Shown here piece by piece: positions 8,848-15,159 of a stretch of 19,002 bases of DNA; positions within the stretch are counted from its first letter, which is position 1, and every line of letters starts with the position of its first letter. Source of the stretch: Candidatus Heimdallarchaeota archaeon (GTDB lineage Archaea; Asgardarchaeota; Wukongarchaeia; Wukongarchaeales; JBHIFL01); the NCBI GenBank assembly GCA_046761065.1, contig JBHIFL010000076.1, positions 1-19,002 on the forward strand, read 5' to 3'. The translations under genes were made by a program, and so were the position numbers. Under the pieces are notes generated by a model. It worked only from the letters and a program-made list of their open reading frames with translations. It ran no database searches and was not told the origin of the DNA.

Positions 8848-9555
8848 TTGGGAATTAAAGGCTGGCTCTTTGGTGACAAGAAACGGAAACCGGCTGAAAC
8901 CGTTGCCGCCTTACGGGGCGTTATAAATCGATACATCATCCGTAGTAGAGCCCTTAGACGGCAAGCTGACGAACAAAGAGGCTTAGCACGCGATATGCTG
9001 CGAGATAGGAACAAAGTCGCCGCGAAACAGGCGCTACTCCGACGAACCCTCTATATGCGGGATTTAAATAATATCTATAACAAGACAATGAATATCCAGC
9101 GAGTGATTGATGCCATTCGGAGTGCTCAAGACAATATTGTGATGGCTGACGCCTTGAAAAGCGCCGATGAGGTAATACGAGTCTCCCTCAAGGATGCGGC
9201 GCCTGAGCGAATAGAAGAAATCATGCTGAGTGTAGAAGATAGCATCGAGCAAGTGGGCTACACTGATGAAATCTTAAGCGATACAACCATGAGCGAAGCT
9301 GGGTTGGAAGCTGACGAATTAACATCGCTAGATACGCAATTAGAAGAGTTGGAAGCGGAACTCCTATTGGAGGAGAAAGAGAAACTACCGACTCCTGCTG
9401 TCCGGGCATCACCTGTTCGAGCGGCAACAAAGGCGGCGAAGCCAACAGGTGTGGAAGAGCGAGGAGTACCTGAAGAAGAGGAAGAGATTAGCGAAGATGA
9501 ATTGAAACGCGAGATCGAAGAGATCAAGAAGGCTTTAGGGGAAAAAACCGATTAA
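8848..9555 (+). CDS. ESCRT-III subunit, Snf7/Vps20/Vps32/Vps60 class
   Basis: MGIKGWLFG membrane-anchor-like N-terminus, RNKVAAKQALLRRTLY (Snf7 'NK..AL.ALKRK..Y'), AIRSAQDNIVMADALK, ERIEEIM, LDTQLEELEAE, then LPTPAV (MIM2-like) and a terminal helix ELKREIEEIKKAL. TTG start; possible own TATA (TTAAAA 8811-8816). Confidence 0.92.
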   Translation: MGIKGWLFGDKKRKPAETVAALRGVINRYIIRSRALRRQADEQRGLARDMLRDRNKVAAKQALLRRTLYMRDLNNIYNKTMNIQRVIDAIRSAQDNIVMADALKSADEVIRVSLKDAAPERIEEIMLSVEDSIEQVGYTDEILSDTTMSEAGLEADELTSLDTQLEELEAELLLEEKEKLPTPAVRASPVRAATKAAKPTGVEERGVPEEEEEISEDELKREIEEIKKALGEKTD

Positions 9556-11003
9556 ATACCTCCAAACAGTTTTTCGAGCCCTGAACTAGGAGTTAATCGC
9601 TGCGGGGTGTTCTTGTTTAAGCTATTCAACTCCCCTTGGAGACGATCAAGGTCGGAAATAAGGCCCAACATGATTCGGGTATACTTTTCTGCAGGGATAT
9701 AGCCCCTGTCGAAGTTTTCATTAATGCCATGAAGAGTTCGCCATAACACGGAGATCTCTTTTTCGAGATCGTCTATGTGTTTTTTAGAGAAATATTCCGG
9801 TTTTGATTCATCTAGAATTTCCTTGTTACTTTTTAAGATGTCAAGCCAAAGATTTGATAAGCGTTCCCTATATATTTTAATCTCATTTTTTATTGAGGAC
9901 ATCTCAACTTGTGCAATCGGGATCTTCCCTGCGCTCCAAGAGCGTGCCATATCTAAAAAGACGAGCAGCTCATCTATGGCTTCTTTTTTACCTTGAATTT
10001 CACTTGTTCCCAGTGTTGTGGTAATAATCAGACGTAGATTTCTCTTTTTTTTCTTTTGGGATACCTGTAACACTTGGTTAAGGTGTAAATTCTTTACATG
10101 TTTGACTTTATGAAGCCTCCCCTTTTTCGTGATAAACGCAAGGCGAGTAGTGGTCAAACAGAGCGCGCCAACCCCATTATTTTTGCTACCATCTCCAGCA
10201 ATAAAATTAGAGACAGTTACTCGGGGTAAAACGATAATAGGGTACTCGAACGGATCCAAGGGAAAAATATCGTGAAGTTGGTCGAAGTAGTTGCGAAAAC
10301 GTTCAATTTTCTTGACTAATTGGGTCAAGTGATCCAAACTTTCATGTTCGGCATGTAGTCGCTCAGTTACCTTGGCTGAAACAATTTCAAGTTCCTTTTC
10401 TAGGGAAACAAGCCGTTGCATTTTTTTCCCGACCTTATTAAGAGACCGAAAAGGAGACCCAATGAGTTGAGAAGCCACAGCTTTTAGTTTATCGGCTAAG
10501 AGGGCAACTTGGCTAAAAACAAATCGCCCCTCTTCCGGTAGTACTTCATAAATGGCATCCATCTTTTCCTCCAATATAGCATAGTGATAATAGTTAGCTC
10601 GCCGTAGTTTCTCAATGCGTGTTCGGAGGTGTTCCCAATTAGCACAAAGCTTTACAAATTGGATTCCGATCCCTTTAAAAACTTTCAAGATTTCTAAAAA
10701 ACGAGAAACAACCTCCTTTTTCACTTGAGAAATGTTTTGAACTTCAACACTACAAGTGGGACAACGTCGCTGGATTTTTAAGCCCCTCCCAATCTTTTCA
10801 CTATTACATATCATACAGGATAACTTCCCCTTTCTCCCTTGGGAGATTTTAAAAGACCCGCATGCCTGGCAGACTGTTAACTCCCGCCTAATAGTTTCTA
10901 CACATTGAAAACATAGTGTTAAACCACATTTTACACAAACAAGGGTTACTCCTTCGGCACCACACAACGCGCAATACAAAATTTCGCCCATATCACCAGC
11001 CAA
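9552..11003 (-). CDS. Multidomain protein: six CxxC Zn-binding pairs (B-box-like plus Zn ribbons), coiled coil, PH/GRAM-like domain, C-terminal helical hairpin resembling the ESCRT-I core
   Basis: CALC, CVKC, CFQC, CQAC, CMIC and CPTC pairs; long heptad-rich helices; GALCLTTTRLAF...LHLNQVLQV...LRLII (PH-like); TLHGINENFDRGYIPAEKYTRIMLGL near the C-terminus. Start is TTG 11003 or ATG 10991. Its stop overlaps the Snf7-class stop (TTAA 9552-9555). Confidence 0.7.
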   Translation of the reverse strand: MAGDMGEILYCALCGAEGVTLVCVKCGLTLCFQCVETIRRELTVCQACGSFKISQGRKGKLSCMICNSEKIGRGLKIQRRCPTCSVEVQNISQVKKEVVSRFLEILKVFKGIGIQFVKLCANWEHLRTRIEKLRRANYYHYAILEEKMDAIYEVLPEEGRFVFSQVALLADKLKAVASQLIGSPFRSLNKVGKKMQRLVSLEKELEIVSAKVTERLHAEHESLDHLTQLVKKIERFRNYFDQLHDIFPLDPFEYPIIVLPRVTVSNFIAGDGSKNNGVGALCLTTTRLAFITKKGRLHKVKHVKNLHLNQVLQVSQKKKKRNLRLIITTTLGTSEIQGKKEAIDELLVFLDMARSWSAGKIPIAQVEMSSIKNEIKIYRERLSNLWLDILKSNKEILDESKPEYFSKKHIDDLEKEISVLWRTLHGINENFDRGYIPAEKYTRIMLGLISDLDRLQGELNSLNKNTPQRLTPSSGLEKLFGGI

Positions 11004-11230
11004 GCATAGTCCCCCATTTCACAAAGTGAGATCTAAGTGGGCTAAACAAGAAGAAAAAGGGATGTGTTATATGGATATATTTTTGAATCCTAGAAGGGGA
11101 ATGGGTGTCTTATGGGGTTTTGGAGAAGAAATGTGCCATGAAGCACTATTTCTAGCATTATCCAGGTTAGTCAACGACTTGAGGGTTTGCTTACATATTA
11201 AGCTATGGTTCTGAAAAAAAATAACCTCGT

Positions 11231-12262
11231 TTATGAGGTTCTATGTTGATACCATATAATGGTCTTTAGCAAACCTTGGTCGAGAATTGTTGTCGGTTCC
11301 CATTTGAGCAGAGTTCTAGCTTTGGTGATATCAGGGCATCTTCTCTTTGGGTCGTCTATCGGGAGTGGGTGGAACTCAATTGGAGAGCTGGAGTTGGTAA
11401 GTTTTTTGATTTTCTCGGCAAGATCAATGATATGGGTTTCCGCATCATTACCGAGGTTGATCACCTCATGTTTCGCTTCCGGCATAGACACTGCTTTGAG
11501 AATGCCTTCGACTTCGTCTGTTACATAAGTGAAGGAACGCGTTTGAGTGCCGTCGCCAAAGACAGTGATTGGCATATTTGAAAGCGCCTGTTCAATAAAA
11601 TTTGGAACCACTCGGCCATAAATATCCCCGGCTCGCATCCTAGGACCATAAGTATTGAAGATTCGGACAATTCGACTGTCTATTCCATGTTGAATCTGAT
11701 ACGCGATTACGAAGGCTTCCCCTGCTCGTTTCGCCTCATCATAACAAGACCGGGGCCCGACCGGATTAACATTCCCGTAGTAGCTCTCTTTTGTAGGTAT
11801 TCGCTTTAGGTCGGGATCTCCGTAGATTTCACTACTTGAAGTATACAGAAACCGAGCGTGGTGTTTGCGGGCAATTCCAAGGGCGATCCAGATTCCCAGA
11901 GTGTTGGATTTTAAAATTTGAATGGGGAATTTGGCAAACTCGAATGGGCTAGCCCGGCTCGCCAAGTGTAGGATGATATGAATTGGTTCATCGAGAAATA
12001 ACGGTTCAGAAATATCGTGATTAATATATTCGAAGGTTTCAGATGGGATAAGGTGAGTGATATTAGACTGAAGCCCGGAAGCTAAATTATCCACGCAAAG
12101 AACCCTGGCATTCTGGGTGACCAGGACATCACAGATCCAGGAACCTAGGAAGCCAGCACCTCCAGTGACAAGAACCGTCTGATCTTCGAAGGAGATTGCA
12201 TTATTATTAAGCCGCTGGAGGATTTGCTCCACACCATCATGGATAGGATCCTTTTCTTTCAT
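11231..12262 (-). CDS. UDP-glucuronate decarboxylase (UDP-xylose synthase) family SDR
   Basis: VTGGAGFLGS, HLASRASP, SSSEIYGDP, Y.GNVNPVGPRSCYDEAKR, RIFNTYGPRM, GDGTQTRSF.YV.D, LPIDDPKRRCPDITKA. Confidence 0.92.
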   Translation of the reverse strand: MKEKDPIHDGVEQILQRLNNNAISFEDQTVLVTGGAGFLGSWICDVLVTQNARVLCVDNLASGLQSNITHLIPSETFEYINHDISEPLFLDEPIHIILHLASRASPFEFAKFPIQILKSNTLGIWIALGIARKHHARFLYTSSSEIYGDPDLKRIPTKESYYGNVNPVGPRSCYDEAKRAGEAFVIAYQIQHGIDSRIVRIFNTYGPRMRAGDIYGRVVPNFIEQALSNMPITVFGDGTQTRSFTYVTDEVEGILKAVSMPEAKHEVINLGNDAETHIIDLAEKIKKLTNSSSPIEFHPLPIDDPKRRCPDITKARTLLKWEPTTILDQGLLKTIIWYQHRTS

Positions 12263-12387
12263 GATATATCTATCCTAGACATTTTTACGGCATTCAGGGC
12301 TTTGGCTCAAACTGATCTTGTCTAAAACCTCTTGCTTTCAGGAAATCTTTTTCCGTCTATTTCTGTTTTTCGAGAATGCCCTCCCAA

Positions 12388-13617
12388 TTAGGACGAAATA
12401 TGATGATCGACAAGTTTTTCAACAATTTGTTGGAAAGAGACCTCCTTCTGCCAACCAAGTACTTTTTCGGCTAATTCGGTATTACTGCAATACCATCGTG
12501 GATCAGCTTGGCGTGGGATATCCGTACGATAAGTTACGGGGCGTCCCGTTATTTCTTCCAAAATGGTAAAGAGGTCAAGGATGGATGCTGCGTTTTCAGG
12601 GCCTCCACCAATATTGAAAGCCTTTCCTGCGACAATGTCGGGCTCTGTGGCTTGTTTGTTCATTATTATTCTAATCATCTTAAGCACATCCCAGCCATGT
12701 ACTGGATCTCGTACCTGTTTCCCGTCCCCAAAGACGGTTACTTGATTGCCTTGACACACTTGTTTCGTTAAAAAGTCGACCCAACCATGCGCTAAGATGG
12801 AATATTGGTCAAAATACATCTGACCCGTCATAGTGGTTGGTCTGATCTCGGTGGTTATGAGATTATAGCTGTTGTTCAAATCAAGGGTCAGGAGCCCCTC
12901 AAAGGTCTTGTGAACTCCATATTGCTGGCACGTATCCAGTCGAAAGTACTCTGAGACGCCATGATCTCGCAGCCAGGGGATGGTAGGGACCCATTGGGTA
13001 TCTGTTTCTATCAGCTCAACACGTCTTACGGGTGGATCTTCGGAAGCACCTGGATTATACCAAATTGAACCGGGAATTGCTCGGGGATCCACCCACAAGG
13101 AATCTTCGATCATCCCATAAACTTTGTTCGTGGTCATGGCAATGAGTTTCGGTACATTCTCGCTCAATGCGGCCTCTTTTATGGCCTCAACTTGATGTTC
13201 CAGAGGCAATTCCGTATGACGGACGCCAGCTTTCTCGATTAAATAGTCTACAAGAATTCGGGCCAAAACAGCCGCCGAATAGGCATTGTTCATAAAATCT
13301 GGATAAGGAAATCGCATAGAGATTATGGCAGAGGCCGCAGCACTGGTGTGTACAATATATTTTATGACTCCGTTACGAGGGTGTAAGAGTATCTGGCTTG
13401 TCTCGTAGTGATTCAGGTCAGCTAGATTGATCTGAAGGCGAGGGTTCTGGAGTGCTATCAATTCGCGGTAACGTTGGTCACTGTATTCTTTGAATAAATT
13501 GTCACACCCATGGATCTGAAAGGTTTCATACTCTTCGCACTCCAACAGATATCGAGCCAAATTACTCCCGATATAGCCACAAATTCCGGTGATGAAGATA
13601 ATTTCATCTTTCTCCAT
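12388..13617 (-). CDS. NAD-dependent epimerase/dehydratase, CDP-paratose/tyvelose 2-epimerase (RfbE)-like, with insertions
   Basis: ITGICGYIGS, TTNKVYG, YGVHK (YxxxK), GWVDF, GDGKQVRDPVH, AFNIGGGPENAASI, RQADPRWY. Confidence 0.8.
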   Translation of the reverse strand: MEKDEIIFITGICGYIGSNLARYLLECEEYETFQIHGCDNLFKEYSDQRYRELIALQNPRLQINLADLNHYETSQILLHPRNGVIKYIVHTSAAASAIISMRFPYPDFMNNAYSAAVLARILVDYLIEKAGVRHTELPLEHQVEAIKEAALSENVPKLIAMTTNKVYGMIEDSLWVDPRAIPGSIWYNPGASEDPPVRRVELIETDTQWVPTIPWLRDHGVSEYFRLDTCQQYGVHKTFEGLLTLDLNNSYNLITTEIRPTTMTGQMYFDQYSILAHGWVDFLTKQVCQGNQVTVFGDGKQVRDPVHGWDVLKMIRIIMNKQATEPDIVAGKAFNIGGGPENAASILDLFTILEEITGRPVTYRTDIPRQADPRWYCSNTELAEKVLGWQKEVSFQQIVEKLVDHHISS

Positions 13618-13733
13618 TTATTACAACCAACCTTTTTTAGCAACGAATCTATCAAGAGTTGAACGATTTTGGGCTCGGTTCAGTGACTGAATTGAATGTG
13701 ATCATGCGCCCATTATTGGATCTCCCTAAAACA

Positions 13734-14255
13734 TCATAATCGAGGTTGGGATTTCAACATAATTTCAGTTAAAATCTCAAATAGCTCGCTCACATTCTCG
13801 CCCGTCTTAGCTGACGTCTCAATATATTTGAGCCCATTGCTAGCCGCATATGTTGTCGCTTCTCCAATAGAGACAGAGCGATCTGCTTCGAGATCAAGCT
13901 TGTTTCCAACAATTATGTAAGGAATTGCCCCACAATTGATATAAACTTCATTGTACCAATAGTCGAGTTTTTCGAAAGAACTCCTCTGAGTTATGTCAAA
14001 GACGATAAACGCCCCATTTGCTTTGCGGTAATAAAGTGGACGGAGTGGTCCAAAACTCTCCTGCCCCGCGGTATCATATAACAGCAGCTTAACATTGATC
14101 TTGTCGATTCGGACATTTTTCACAAAAAAATCTACACCTAAGGTCGGAATATAAGTTTCCGAGAACTGACCCACAGCGAAGCGCCGGATCAATGAGGTTT
14201 TCCCGACAGCTTCCTTCCCTAAGGAAATGGTCTTGAACTCATATTCATGGGTCAT
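13734..14255 (-). CDS. Rab-like Ras-superfamily small GTPase
   Basis: G1 GKEAVGKT, G2 YIPTLGVDF, G3 LYDTAGQE, YYRKANGAFIVFDIT..SF, G4 GNKLDL, G5 ETSAKTGENV. No C-terminal Cys prenylation motif. Likely start ATG 14255 (track 14264). Confidence 0.95.
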   Translation of the reverse strand: MTHEYEFKTISLGKEAVGKTSLIRRFAVGQFSETYIPTLGVDFFVKNVRIDKINVKLLLYDTAGQESFGPLRPLYYRKANGAFIVFDITQRSSFEKLDYWYNEVYINCGAIPYIIVGNKLDLEADRSVSIGEATTYAASNGLKYIETSAKTGENVSELFEILTEIMLKSQPRL

Positions 14256-15030
14256 TCCAATCACAGGACCTTATCTAAAGAAGGGTTCGTTTTTCGATTC
14301 AAAGGTTTTTCTCGGCTTATTATCTGAAATAAGTTGCCACATACACTTCGATCTTAAACGTTTTTTTACATTTTGCTGTTTTCTCTCAAAAAAAGTTTCT
14401 TCATAAAAGCTTAAATGTCTTTATTTGCTAAAAATCCCAATTAAAAATGGAGATTCGAGTTATAACAAAAGTACACAAGTTGTTTTTTGCGTATTCCGTC
14501 TATACCCTTCAAGAATGATCATCCAATATGTCATTCTCTAAAATATACAAGACTTTACCTCAAAGAGTTCTTAGGATCACCATTCTGGCAACCACATTGT
14601 TCTTTCATATTAGGAACTGCTATTAGAGAGAATTCTCACCTACTTCAACTTTTACTTAAGATTTGTTTCGCAATATTTTTTAAAATTTTTCTACGCTTCA
14701 ACTACTTCTTAGATCGAGTGCTGATAACTTCCTTTTCAAGGACCGTTTTCAAACATACTAATAATAGCTCTATCCTCCACATCGTTGAGTCAAATAATAT
14801 TGCCATTACATACACTTCAAAATAATTTATCCTAAACAAGGAATCTCCTTTCTTTTTCCCACAGCATCCCTCCCTCTATTTCTAGTAAAACGGTTTACTA
14901 TCTTTATTTAGTTATCTTCAGGTCATTAGTCTCAAAAAAATCTTTTTCTCCGATTTTTTCGTTTGTCTCAGCACTTTTTCCCTCCTCACCACTTTGGTCA
15001 ATAACGAATTGTTTATTTTGAATGAAAACC

Positions 15031-15072
15031 GTTCACCCCTTGGTTCTAGCACCAACCAGAGGGAAGGTGAAC
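15031..15072. promoter_or_regulatory. Extended imperfect hairpin upstream of EF-2
   Basis: GTTCACC/GGTGAAC, CCT/AGG and TGGTT/AACCA stacked stems. It is followed by TATA-like TTTAATA at 15089-15095 and 15129-15135. Confidence 0.45.
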
Positions 15073-15159
15073 AAGAACTTCCTTAGTCTTTAATATGTAT
15101 AGGCGAGAACCGAGCGTTAAGATAGAAGTTTAATAAAAAAATCGTATGAGGAATAACCG

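Noticed and set aside
3976-9555. Crenarchaeal CdvABC division operon
   Set aside because: There is no CdvA. Both ESCRT-III proteins match eukaryote-like subclasses, and ESCRT-II genes are present.
11026-11214. 62-aa plus-strand ORF between the Zn-finger gene and the UDP-glucuronate decarboxylase
   Set aside because: It is short, has no motif, and lies antisense in the presumed promoter region of the minus-strand gene.
14487-14825. 112-aa plus-strand ORF in the AT-rich intergenic region
   Set aside because: Its Phe/Leu/Ile/Ser-rich composition is expected from T-rich non-coding DNA; it has a TTG start without an RBS and no motif.
14265-15159. Replication origin
   Set aside because: The region is AT-rich, but I saw no ORB repeats with G-strings and no adjacent orc1/cdc6.
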